DNA of 64,000 bases, taken from Andalucia godoyi And28 (Eukaryota > Protista > Jakobida). How positions within the stretch are numbered: position 1 is the first letter of the stretch; every line of letters begins with the position of its first letter. The stretch lies in NCBI GenBank assembly GCA_009859145.1, contig VRVR01000015.1, forward strand, positions 175,705 through 239,704, in the 5' to 3' direction. This document shows positions 1 through 9,654 of this stretch, piece after piece. Below the pieces are notes generated by a model, which saw nothing but the letters and a program-made list of their open reading frames with translations, was not told the DNA's origin and ran no database searches. The translations under genes were made by a program, and so were the position numbers.

Positions 1-2
1 AG

Positions 3-1304
3 GATTCTATCGACGATGTGTGTGTGCTGGCGCTGGTCCGCAATCTTCATCGACTGTCGTCGTTGACTCTTCGTGATTGCTCTAAAATTGGTATGTTTGG
101 AACAATGGCTCTTGCTGGATCTCTGCTTTGCTCGAGCTCCAGCGAAGGTGTGCTTTCCAGTGGGCTCCTTCACTTTTCAATCGCAGCTTCTCCATTGTGG
201 GACGATTCCCATACGCTGATGCTACTCAATAGACACGGAAAGCACCTTCTGAGCATTGAATTTGAATCCATCAACCAAGTTTCCTCACAATCGCTGTTTT
301 CGATTGCCGAACAAGCACCGCACTTGCAGTCCATGTCGTTCATCGGAGTACCGATTGTGTCTGCAACGAATTCTCAAATTTCAAGTTTGTGCCAAACATT
401 ACTAGGGTCTTGTTTGCGGCGTCTCAAATTGGTGTGCAAGTCCGATCCGCGTTTCGTAACGGATGATGTTCTCGACTCCTTTCTGTGCGATGGATCCTTT
501 CCGCTTCTCACTGCTCTTCACTTGCAACACTGCACGCTGTTAACACCGGCAGCCATTGTGCGTGCTTTGCAACGGCACCCGAAAGTTTGTGATCTCAATC
601 TTCATGGCTGCTATGACATGGACGATCACGTCCTATCGCAGGTTCTGCTCAATGCACGTAACGACGGCTTTGCAAAACTGAGTTTGGAAGAGTGTGTGCT
701 GATCACTGGTGATCAAGTCGACACCGCAGCACTTGCGTCCTGTCCTCTTGCCGACCTGACATCGCTACATCTTTCGTGGTGTGAAGATATTTCCACTACT
801 GCAATGTCGTCTGTTCTGGCATCCTGTTTGCACCTGCAGTCTCTCAAGCTCCGGCATTGCACATCACTTTCAGATGCTGCACTGCTGTCTTTAAGCTCCC
901 GGTCACTTCGAAAACTGGATGTTGCCCGGTGCGAGCTGTTGTCTGACAAATCTCTGTGCTTTGTTGTCGAGAATAGTCCATTGTTGGAGTACTTGGATGT
1001 TGGGTGGACTGATTTCTCAGATCGTGGCATGCGAGCTTTGGGATTCTGTTGTCCTTGGCTTCGGCATTTGTGTATTGAAGGATGCTCAGGAGTAAGCTCA
1101 AAAGGGATGCTTTCCCTAGTCCGTGAAGGACAAGGATGCACGTTTCTGCGTGTTCTTCTCATGGACTGGGTGTCTGAGGTGCATTCAGATGGGTTGGCGG
1201 CTGTGGTAGCCCATAATCTGTACCTCCGGAAAGTGTGCCTCGCATTTTCTGGAGTTCGTGTCGTGCCGTCGTCTCTCGCCCGTCCGTTTACTGAATTTTG
1301 TTAA
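3..1304 (+). CDS. RNI-like leucine-rich-repeat protein (FBXL-type), 5' partial
   Basis: Frame is open back to the window edge. Cys-containing LRRs (LxxLxLxxCxxLxD) such as LQSLKLRHCTSLSD and LRKLDVARCELLSD. No F-box is visible in the window. Confidence 0.8.
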   Translation, partial: DSIDDVCVLALVRNLHRLSSLTLRDCSKIGMFGTMALAGSLLCSSSSEGVLSSGLLHFSIAASPLWDDSHTLMLLNRHGKHLLSIEFESINQVSSQSLFSIAEQAPHLQSMSFIGVPIVSATNSQISSLCQTLLGSCLRRLKLVCKSDPRFVTDDVLDSFLCDGSFPLLTALHLQHCTLLTPAAIVRALQRHPKVCDLNLHGCYDMDDHVLSQVLLNARNDGFAKLSLEECVLITGDQVDTAALASCPLADLTSLHLSWCEDISTTAMSSVLASCLHLQSLKLRHCTSLSDAALLSLSSRSLRKLDVARCELLSDKSLCFVVENSPLLEYLDVGWTDFSDRGMRALGFCCPWLRHLCIEGCSGVSSKGMLSLVREGQGCTFLRVLLMDWVSEVHSDGLAAVVAHNLYLRKVCLAFSGVRVVPSSLARPFTEFC

Positions 1305-1308
1305 ACAT

Positions 1309-1369
1309 CTTCTTCTTCTTCTTCTTCTTCTTCTTCTTCTTCTTCTTCTTCTGCTTCTTCCTCTTCTTC
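1309..1369. repeat. (CTT)n microsatellite
   Basis: Direct inspection; lies just after the LRR gene stop codon. Confidence 0.95.
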
Positions 1370-1384
1370 GCTTCATCCTCTTTC

Positions 1385-1681
1385 TCCGCTCACCAAAACA
1401 CGTATCATTATTGATCGTCAACGAAGCGACAGATCCAAGCCACATATTTTGTTTTTTTATTTGGGGCGAGCACCAACTCTTCAATGCAGACTGCTCTGCA
1501 GATTGCTCTGCAGATTGCTGGTCACCACAACCGACATACTCCCCCCAATCGATTCAACATTCAAAAATGAACGTTCGAGGAAATGGAATGTCGTCGACAG
1601 CGATGCACATCGCATGTGCAATTCTAGGGTGAAGAATGAAGAAATTCTGGACTTGACTACGTTACGAACATCGCGTCCCCA
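1385..1681 (+). repeat. Dispersed bipartite repeat, copy 1 (homologous to 12036-12445)
   Basis: Block 1385-1500 aligns with 12036-12166 (TCCGCTCRCCAAAACA...GACAGATCCAARCCAC...TTTATTTGGGG...CTCTTCAATGCA). Block 1624-1681 aligns with 12391-12445 (GTGAAGAAKGAAGAAATTCTGGAC...TACGAACATCGCGTCCCCA). Confidence 0.8.
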
Positions 1682-2049
1682 TATACGCCTACATTGTACA
1701 CGAACCACGGATAATCATCGCTGATCACCCATAATCAATGTTGCAACCCAACAACATGCATAATGCAACGCGGCGGCGTGTTTATCGGGCTTTCGTGATC
1801 AAAATGGGGCGAAACGACTCGGGCATCGTGTGACGGAGTTGCCAAGATAGCAAACGCATGCGCATGGCGCGTGGCAGTGTTTTTGCCTACGTGTGCTTTA
1901 GACTGCTTCATGATATCGCAATAAGGGGCAGCGGTAATACTGGCCGCAGACCCGGGTCCTTTGTCATACTCGTTTTTTGGATATAATTTCTGTGCATATT
2001 TCTAGTTACATTTAGCTTCTTCTTTGGGGGGTTTTTAAGAATATGTTTG

Positions 2050-2713
2050 CAACGTACAATTCTTTCTAATGAACTCACCATCATCTCCAGGCCCATAAAT
2101 CTGGCCATGGTTCCCGCGCGACTGGAGCGCGACTTACAAGAGCTGTTGAGAACTTCTCGTCAGAGAGGTTGGCTGGCCTTCAACAATCGTTGCAAGGCGG
2201 CGTCGTTGATTCTGTAACGCGGAGGGGGGGTGCTTTCAGGTTCTCATGTTGAGGGTGATCTCATTGTACTTGGGTCGAACCGCTTGGTACTGACGAAATT
2301 GTGAGTGGTGGAGGAAAGCTGCTACGGAGCATCATATGGTGTTAGAATTCCTCCCATACGAGATGGACAGAGACTTCAAACACTTCCGTATCACGAATGG
2401 CAAAGCAAAAGTGGTCGTCATGGTATTGACAGGACGCTATCTACAACCTCTGAAACGACTTCCAGGCAGCGGATGGATGACAAACAGCATTGCTGGCAAT
2501 CTCAATGCTCGACATGCGATAAAGGCCATGTTGAAGAGGACTTCTGAATTCGTGGATTTTTTGAACAGCGACTTCGGGGAACCTTGGACTTCCATTGCAG
2601 CTGTCGCTATCAAAGGGAAATCTCCTTCTGGTGTGGAAAGAGACCTTCCGCTTGCACTGCTTGGGTTCAGCTTCAACGAGCTGCGTTTGAACTTATCAGA
2701 TAATGCTAAGTGA
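2050..2713 (+). pseudogene. Decayed ORF of unknown family
   Basis: Protein-like frame (RTILSNELT...SLIL*RGGGVLSGSHVEGDLIVLGSNRLVLTKL*VVEE) with two internal stops, then a shift into ORF 2336-2713. Confidence 0.3.
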
Positions 2714-3210
2714 GCATCCGGTTCAATCTTGATTGACGACTGAGGCGATGTTGTCGTTATGCCCAAGACTGGCTTCTTTGTTGTTGTTTTTTCCTTTTCG
2801 GATGCCGTTCGTGCAGTCGCACATGTGCTCTGCGTATGTGGCACAGTTCAAACGGCGACTTCAGCAACAAAACCGTAGTCAACCAGCTCATTCCATTTAC
2901 GGAACATGCAAAATCTGCTCTGAAGCTGCAACTCCCCGAGAGGTATCGCAGTTTGCGGCAAGCGGCTCCAGTAACTCACAATCAGCGCTTCGCAAACGAC
3001 CAGTCAGACAAGACCGAAACGAGGACAACGACAGTCCTCCTCAGTCTCTTGCAGAAGGTCGAAAGTGGAAAACACCGTTCACTACACATAGCGTTGACTG
3101 ATCGACTGCGAAAATGTCATCCCTCCATCTCCACCCAAGACGATGCGGATAACGATGTTTACTCATAAAAATGCGTCAATACGTTTGTTTCAACGGCAAT
3201 ATGATGGGCT

Positions 3211-3280
3211 TTACGGCATTTTACGTGCATTTTACGGTAAAATACGTGTTTTACGTACCCCGCCCTCCAACCCTCGTAAA
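3211..3280. repeat. Helically phased TTACG array
   Basis: TTACG at 3211, 3221, 3232 and 3251, ATACG at 3242, and an inverted copy CGTAAA at 3275. Confidence 0.6.
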
Positions 3281-3400
3281 ATGGCCAACACTAAAAAAAG
3301 AAAGGGGAGATGGAGAGCGGTCGTAGACCTCCGCAATCTTCAACAAGATCGCACCACAGCCGCAAATCGCACCCTAGGTATCGCCATTTGCAGATCGGGG
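3281..3400 (+). mobile_element. Possible reverse-transcriptase remnant (LTR/DIRS type)
   Basis: KKRKGRWRAVVDLRNL, continuing as NK after a one-base shift, resembles the RT motif KKxGxWRxxxDxRxLNK. The nearby HPRYRHL resembles IHPxxRxYL. Short and frame-broken. Confidence 0.25.
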
Positions 3401-3615
3401 AAAACCTCGGCAATTCACGTTCGCACAAAATACCCGTGTTGCCTCCATAATACCGGTGCACATTTTTTCGACTTGGAACGTCGTCGTTCACTTCATTCTA
3501 GTTTAAATTTTATTGTTATTTGTTGTTTTGTTTGTCTTATGTTTGTTTAAGTTTTGGGGTGGTATCATTTGCTGTAGAGAACATATTTCGACGAGGTTGA
3601 CACATTGTTTTGAGA

Positions 3616-5469
3616 ATGAACATTAATCGGTTTGCGAGGTTTGCGCAAACCTCGGCACTTCCTTTTCTTCGGTTAGCGCAGCCTTCGCACGCAGTTGTAC
3701 CAGTCTATCAGGATGAGAAGCCGAACGGTGGTCCCTCCAATTCTGCGGCTGGATCAGCATCACCGTTGACGTCGACAGCAGCGTCGGCATCATCGACCTC
3801 CCCATCGCCTGTTTTGTCAACTGGGACTGTATTCACACCGTTTTCAATTTTCCACTCGGCAACTGGGAACCCGGCCCCACCGTCGAATGTCGCGTTGCCT
3901 GCCAATTCAACTATCGGAACCTATGGAAGTTTCAGCGCTGTTCCGTTTGGGTTCTCTCCATTCACATACACATCGTCACCACATGTGAAGCTTACTTCTG
4001 AGTCACTGTTTTCGGAGCAGCACGGAGAGGTGTTGCTGTTGAATGACAACGATTGCCGTAGTGTGAGTACTGAAGTGGATGTGTTTGGCCCCTCGCCATA
4101 CGGAGGAAGTCCGGTGAAGGCTGTGTACGCAAACGCAAAGATCGCGACGAAGGGGGCGTCCGTTGCTGGTGGATGGGAGGGCCTTTCGTCAACAGAGGCA
4201 CTCAAAGCTTCACTGTCACCTTCACAGCTCTACGAATGGATCTCGCATCATCTGAAACCAGCGGTTACGACTTCTGCACATTTCAGCACACCTCTCTCGC
4301 CGAACGTTGTTCCCATGCCTGTGGAGAAGGTTACATTACTGCATGTCCATCGACTTTTGAATCTTGCTACGACGGCAGACGACGTGGTCCTTGCCTTAAG
4401 GCTGGTGCGTGATCTTTCCGATGTGGACTCGGCCAAACCCTTGTCTCACAACAGAAGCCGTCTTCTCAAGGAGGTGTCTGTGATTGCACCACCGTCTCAT
4501 GTCGTTGTTTCGACATCGTCGCCAGTGCCGACATCCAAGGTTCCCGTAGCTGCGACGCATAACGCAACGGCCTCTGCTATTGCTGGTTCTGTGACCATGA
4601 CGACCGAAACGCTGTCGCTGTTGATCAAAGCCTGCTGCAGAGCCGATATGCCCGATACAGCGTTGTCTGCCATTCGCCACGCGCAGGATCTCTGCCTTGG
4701 TTCACCATCGCTGAAGGGTGTCCACTATCTCATGGTTTACTACGCTATTCGAAAGGATCTCAGTGCGCTTCGATCCATGCTTGACTCACTTCAAGGCGAA
4801 TGGCATCTGTCTCCGACTGCGCGGACATATCATATTCTTGTGCGCGCCCATGCTGATGCAGGGGAGTTGATGGAGGCGGTTGGACTTTTGAAACAGGCTC
4901 TATCATCTTCGACATCTCCTCGCGGACACGAAGATGTCGCGGTTGCGTTTACTGTGAATGCTTCTGCTCCTGTTCCTGCTCTTGCTCCTGTTCCTGTTCT
5001 TGCTCCTCGTTTGGAACGTGGAACATTCAACGTCGTCATGAATGCAGCTCGGCGTGTCGGTGATGCTGGATGCGTTCTTTGTGTGTTTGACTGGATGAAT
5101 ACTGCTGGAGTGGCACCGAATGCTGCTACCTTGTGGTTTGTGCTTGAAGCTTTAATTCTTCGTGGTGATGCGGCCGGTGTTGTGCGGACGCTTCAGTTCA
5201 TGGGTCGCTCACTTTCTGCCTTGGAGAACGAAAAGGAAAAGAAATCTCGAGCTAGTAAGGAAATTGCAGAGGAAGATGATGATCTTGGTGATCGGGAGGC
5301 AATGCCTGCTAGTTTGGTTCTGGCACTCACCGCCTTTTTCGAATCCTCTGCAGAATCCCGCGATGTGCTTCGAGCAGCGGTCGCTTGTGAGCAATCCGGG
5401 GCGGATTTGCTTTGGGTTTCTGGGCTTCCAGCGGAGATTGTGTCGGTTGTCAAGCGTTTGGGTGCTTGA
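3616..5469 (+). CDS. Pentatricopeptide-repeat (PPR) protein, probably mitochondrial
   Basis: PPR-like helices TYHILVRAHADAGELMEAVGLL and TFNVVMNAARRVGDAGCVLCVFDWMNTAGVAPNAAT; Arg/Ala-rich N-terminus. First ATG is at 3616. Confidence 0.8.
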   Translation: MNINRFARFAQTSALPFLRLAQPSHAVVPVYQDEKPNGGPSNSAAGSASPLTSTAASASSTSPSPVLSTGTVFTPFSIFHSATGNPAPPSNVALPANSTIGTYGSFSAVPFGFSPFTYTSSPHVKLTSESLFSEQHGEVLLLNDNDCRSVSTEVDVFGPSPYGGSPVKAVYANAKIATKGASVAGGWEGLSSTEALKASLSPSQLYEWISHHLKPAVTTSAHFSTPLSPNVVPMPVEKVTLLHVHRLLNLATTADDVVLALRLVRDLSDVDSAKPLSHNRSRLLKEVSVIAPPSHVVVSTSSPVPTSKVPVAATHNATASAIAGSVTMTTETLSLLIKACCRADMPDTALSAIRHAQDLCLGSPSLKGVHYLMVYYAIRKDLSALRSMLDSLQGEWHLSPTARTYHILVRAHADAGELMEAVGLLKQALSSSTSPRGHEDVAVAFTVNASAPVPALAPVPVLAPRLERGTFNVVMNAARRVGDAGCVLCVFDWMNTAGVAPNAATLWFVLEALILRGDAAGVVRTLQFMGRSLSALENEKEKKSRASKEIAEEDDDLGDREAMPASLVLALTAFFESSAESRDVLRAAVACEQSGADLLWVSGLPAEIVSVVKRLGA

Positions 5470-5902
5470 GCTCCTTCCAGGTTTATATGGTTTTATGTAA
5501 GTAAGTAAGTAATAGTTTCCGTTGGTTTTTCATGATGACGATCTGCCCCGTGTCTGGCTCTGTTATCCTGAATTCGTATCCGTTATTCGTTGGATGCTGA
5601 AAATGTTCCGAGAAAAAAAATAATCATAATATTCCTTCTTTTCTCTTCTTGTACAGCATTTTTGTTTGTCATTTTAAAAAAAATTGTCGCCGTTATCATG
5701 CGTATTGTTGCCTCATCAGAATCGGATTGTTCTTTTTCACCGTTTTTTTGATGGTGCTTTCTTCTTATGCATGAACGTTTGCGTGTGTGCATGGGTGTGT
5801 GTGTGTGCTGTACTGTAATTTTGTCAATACATCCAATCCCACAGAACGAAGTTCGTCTCTTTCTTTCTTTTTCCTTTTCATCGAAACCCTTTACACCGTT
5901 GA

Positions 5903-6431
5903 ATAATAACACGCCATTGTCATGCATGCGGGAAGTATGCATAAACAGACACGGTCAATGCTGGCCGACACTAGCACGTTTGTTTCACAGGAATTCGTGC
6001 TTTCGCACGCTCGGCCAGAATTCAGCCGGTGACACAGGCCCTGCATTTTCGACACGATTTAACGCAGCATCCGTAGCCATCTATCATTCTGTCATTCGTT
6101 GGTTTCACGTTTTTGGTTTCGCTTTTTGCAGCGTTTTGTTCCATAAGGCGACCGAGTATCGCGAGCGCCATGCTGCCATCGTGACGGAGGAGTGCACGTC
6201 CAAAACGTGCGGGCGCTGCGGTGAGATCCATGCACGTCGAGGCGGAAGCAGCAAAGTGTTTGCATGTCCCGCGTGCAGCTCACCAATTGATCCAGATTGG
6301 GAACGGAGCGCGGAACATTTATCTGAAGAACGCCGTGGGGCGTGTTGGGGCCTATCCCCTTCGCGGCAACGGGATGCAGGATTGAATATGCATGTCTACT
6401 CGTAGATATGCGTGTCCAGTGTATAATGTAG
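5903..6431 (+). mobile_element. Non-autonomous Fanzor2/TnpB-derived element, copy A
   Basis: Encodes HKATEY...IVTEECTSKTCGRCGEIH...GGSSKVFACPACSSPIDPDW, then a +1 shift at 6301, then NGARNIYLK...* (zinc ribbon plus RuvC-III of TnpB/Fanzor2). 520/529 identical to 49002-49530 by manual alignment. Confidence 0.88.
6330..6431 (+). ncRNA. Candidate omegaRNA scaffold 3' part (copy A)
   Basis: Stem GCCGTGGGG...CCCCTTCGCGGC plus a 15-bp hairpin at 6384-6417 (loop CTCG) that begins at the stop codon of the Fanzor frame. omegaRNAs typically overlap the ORF 3' end and the element end. Confidence 0.55.
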
Positions 6432-6462
6432 ACGTGCGGTAATCAAATTTGGCATTAAAATT

Positions 6463-8025
6463 TTACAGCTCTTCGTATGGCTGATCGGATAGAACGGCAG
6501 GAACCGACATGACTGGAGTAAGTTTGAACAGTCTGCTCATCAATCGCGTAGGCCACAGGACAAAGGCCATGGCGAGAACCGCAATCGAAAAGAACAGCTG
6601 GGAAACAATAAACACGGCGGCAGCCCGTCTCCAGGGAACCACGAGGGCAGCAATGATGACTATAACCGGAAGAACAAGGAACCACACGCTCCCACAGATA
6701 CCAAACAACTTGTAGAAGCGACGTTTTTCGACGTCTGTTTCGATTTGCAAGGTCGTTCGGATCGCCCAAATGAAGAAGATCATCATGGGAAGGCGCAGAC
6801 AGCAGAGGACAATGCCAGGGGGGGTTTCGTATCCATAGACAGTAGAGGCAGGGTCCATTCCAATTTCCATCCACACGAACAAGACAATATGGACGATCAC
6901 CAGCACGGTGAACAGCAGTGCCAGCCACTTTCGATTTCGCAGTGTTGGGAATGTGATTGCATATCCGTGGGCAACCAAGTACAAAAGCGCCATGAAGACA
7001 ATGTGTGCCGACGTGTCTGCAACCAGCGCAAAACCGCGAAGTCCCGGAACACCCTTTCCGTCATCGGCATATATCATCCAGTGAATGAAGGAGAAGAAGA
7101 TACCGCATAGCCAAAGAGTCAAACACGCCAGATACGTCTTCATGATTGGATGCAAACGCGTGTGAAGAGGTTCTGATGCGGTCGATGTGTGGCTTGCGTC
7201 TTTGATAACCACGTACACATTCCGCCCAGCGAGCCCTGCAAACCCAAACATGATTAAGAACAGAAAGACTGAAAATCCAAACATTCCGTATTCGTCAACA
7301 CTAAACTGGTGGGTTGGCGTTGATCCTGGGTTTGTCATCGTCAATCTGATATCCGTATTCTGATTCGGGAACGAACCCATGCCGCATGCTGTGACCGCAA
7401 AGTACCAAAACCGAGGACGACGAGAAGGGTGATTGAGGGGCAGCGACCCCGATGACTGCACAGCAAGATCAATAATTACTTTTGCTGGAGGTTGCTGCAA
7501 CCTATCCGTGCAGCTTGACATGAGCAAACGTCCCGTCGTTTCTCCCCCTCCTCTTCTTCTTCTTCTTCTTCCTTCTCTTACATTCAGTTGATCATCCTCA
7601 ACTGCTTCCTCTGCTATTTCGGTATGGCTGTGAACCGACCGCTCAGGATCTGAGTCGGACGCTGAGCTCCGTGTCGCTGACAGTGCATTGCTGTAAAACG
7701 AAGGGAAAGAGTCGCTTTCATCATCATACAATACCAGGTTCAGTCCAATTAGATTGTTTCCTTGGACATCCCATTCGAGAAACCCTGTATTGGACGTCGT
7801 TGTGTCGTTGGCGCTGTGATCCGTTGCTTCATACGCAAACTTGTCGACGAATACCCACTCTCGATGGACTCCATCGACTGTTAATGACGTAACGCGAGCA
7901 TCCGCAAACGGTAATCTGAAACAGACCTGAAGCAACAATGCAGCCGCCAAGAACAACGATAACACATGAAACAAGAAAGAACCGCCAAACAAAACTCCAG
8001 AAAATATTCTTCGTCTGGATAACAT
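6463..8025 (-). CDS. GPR180/TMEM145-like (GOST family) 7TM protein
   Basis: N-terminal hydrophobic segment, lumenal domain with RRPRFWYFAVTACG and THQFSVDEYG, then seven TMs with YADDGKG and YGYETPPG motifs. Confidence 0.88.
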   Translation of the reverse strand: MLSRRRIFSGVLFGGSFLFHVLSLFLAAALLLQVCFRLPFADARVTSLTVDGVHREWVFVDKFAYEATDHSANDTTTSNTGFLEWDVQGNNLIGLNLVLYDDESDSFPSFYSNALSATRSSASDSDPERSVHSHTEIAEEAVEDDQLNVREGRRRRRRGGGETTGRLLMSSCTDRLQQPPAKVIIDLAVQSSGSLPLNHPSRRPRFWYFAVTACGMGSFPNQNTDIRLTMTNPGSTPTHQFSVDEYGMFGFSVFLFLIMFGFAGLAGRNVYVVIKDASHTSTASEPLHTRLHPIMKTYLACLTLWLCGIFFSFIHWMIYADDGKGVPGLRGFALVADTSAHIVFMALLYLVAHGYAITFPTLRNRKWLALLFTVLVIVHIVLFVWMEIGMDPASTVYGYETPPGIVLCCLRLPMMIFFIWAIRTTLQIETDVEKRRFYKLFGICGSVWFLVLPVIVIIAALVVPWRRAAAVFIVSQLFFSIAVLAMAFVLWPTRLMSRLFKLTPVMSVPAVLSDQPYEEL

Positions 8026-8103
8026 CCGAAATTCAAATGCAGTACGAACGCAAGATGAAAAACGTAAGTATCAAACGTCCGAAACCCTATGGACAAAACA
8101 GAG

Positions 8104-8104
<1 letters not shown>

Positions 8105-8141
<37 letters not shown>

Positions 8142-8185
8142 GTAATGGCAACAGTAATAGTAATGGTAATGGTAATGGTAATAAT
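8105..8185. repeat. (AAT)n microsatellite degenerating to GTAATG
   Basis: Direct inspection; in the divergent intergenic region. Confidence 0.9.
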
Positions 8186-8468
8186 GAGGCAGAAATGACC
8201 CAAATGGAAACGGTCTGCGGATTTTTTGAAACATTTTTCTCCTTTTGTTTGTTGAAGACTTCGCGTCGTTTGATTCTTTTGATTCTTGAAGCTCATGGCC
8301 TTGTATCAACTGGGCAACTTGGGTCTCTTTCTGCATGCAGGAGGAAAGGAAATCGATTTTCGTGCACATCTCTCGAGAATTAGGGATTACTATCTCTTTT
8401 AGTCCTTGCTGCTCGCTCCATTGCTGCGAAGAAAGAAAAGAAAGAAAGAAAGACAGGTATACATACAG

Positions 8469-9437
8469 ATGAGCAATCCGATCATCCACATTTCTCCCGA
8501 GATCTGCAGTCTTCCGTGCTCGGACATTCCATCGCTGGTTTTGCTGACTGTGTTTCGAATGGCTTCTGTTCCTTTCCATATGGACACAAAAGCGACGGAT
8601 GCAGCGTCTCCGGGCGGTGTACTTCCGTACCTGTCGTTCGCTGATCAGAAAGTGGTTGGAGGCCTGGATGCGTGCATTGCGTCTTTGCAAACGACCTTGT
8701 CGATCGATTTGGATGCAGCAGCTCGGCTAACTCCTCTTGAAAGAACGCATGCAAAAGCGCATGAAAACATGCTTTCGGGTCTTCGAGATGCAATTGACTA
8801 TGTATGGTGGATCCATCCGCTCTTCTTCTACAATGTAACCCGCCCAAAGTATGCTCGCGGATACTGGGCAGCCACGAGAAAGGGCTGGGCTGTGTCAAGA
8901 AAGCTGCAAAATCGATTCGGAGGTCTGCACGATGCTCTAAAAACAGCTTCGAATGTCTTGGATCACTTTGAGCAATTGCTGGGCGATAAGCTGTTCTTTC
9001 TTGGAAAGAACGAAGGAGATGTTCCGTCGCTGCTCGATGCATATGTGTATGCGCATCTTGCTGCTTGCGTGGATGTGCACGGCGACGAAAATCAGGATGG
9101 CTGCGCTGATCTGAGGCATGCAGTGCTCAGGAGGCCGAGCTTGATTGCGTTTGTCACAAGAATACGCGAACGCTTCTTCTCCGATCCGCTGTATGGACAG
9201 ACCATCAGCCATTTTGCCATCCCAAACGTTGCAATCAAGGAAGAGGCGGCGGCATCCACCAAAACAAAAGAGGGTTCCGATGGAAAGATGACCGATGAAA
9301 AGAGAAGGAACAGAAACTTCATGTATGCATCTGCACTCTCAATCATCGGATTCTTGTTCTTCACAAACACCATCCACACAGGCACGTTTGCAGACGAAGT
9401 CGTGGTCGAAGAAGAAGAAGGAGGAGGAAGACAATGA
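8469..9437 (+). CDS. Metaxin-like (GST-fold) outer-membrane protein
   Basis: LPCSDIPSLVLL near the N-terminus, GST-C-like LLGDKLFFLG...PSLLDAYVYAHLA, and a C-terminal TM. Start taken at the ATG at 8469. Confidence 0.72.
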   Translation: MSNPIIHISPEICSLPCSDIPSLVLLTVFRMASVPFHMDTKATDAASPGGVLPYLSFADQKVVGGLDACIASLQTTLSIDLDAAARLTPLERTHAKAHENMLSGLRDAIDYVWWIHPLFFYNVTRPKYARGYWAATRKGWAVSRKLQNRFGGLHDALKTASNVLDHFEQLLGDKLFFLGKNEGDVPSLLDAYVYAHLAACVDVHGDENQDGCADLRHAVLRRPSLIAFVTRIRERFFSDPLYGQTISHFAIPNVAIKEEAAASTKTKEGSDGKMTDEKRRNRNFMYASALSIIGFLFFTNTIHTGTFADEVVVEEEEGGGRQ

Positions 9438-9654
9438 CATCGAGGAAGAGAGCAGTCAGGCGGGGTGTCTTGCAAATAGAGGGGCAGCGAGCACAAGGAG
9501 ACGGGCTTTGGAAGGGTTTTCTTTTCTTTTCGCATTTACAATTCTTTTTTATTGACACAAATAAAAAAGGAAGAACAAAAAGCAAGTTCATAACGCCGTT
9601 AGAATGTCCGCTGGAAGTTTCTACCGGTATGTTTGCTTTATTGCGATGCTGCTG

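Noticed and set aside
1185-1632. Poly-Arg and poly-Leu ORFs (also poly-Ile/Tyr ORFs at 7881-8690)
   Set aside because: These are translations of the (CTT)n and (AAT)n microsatellites.
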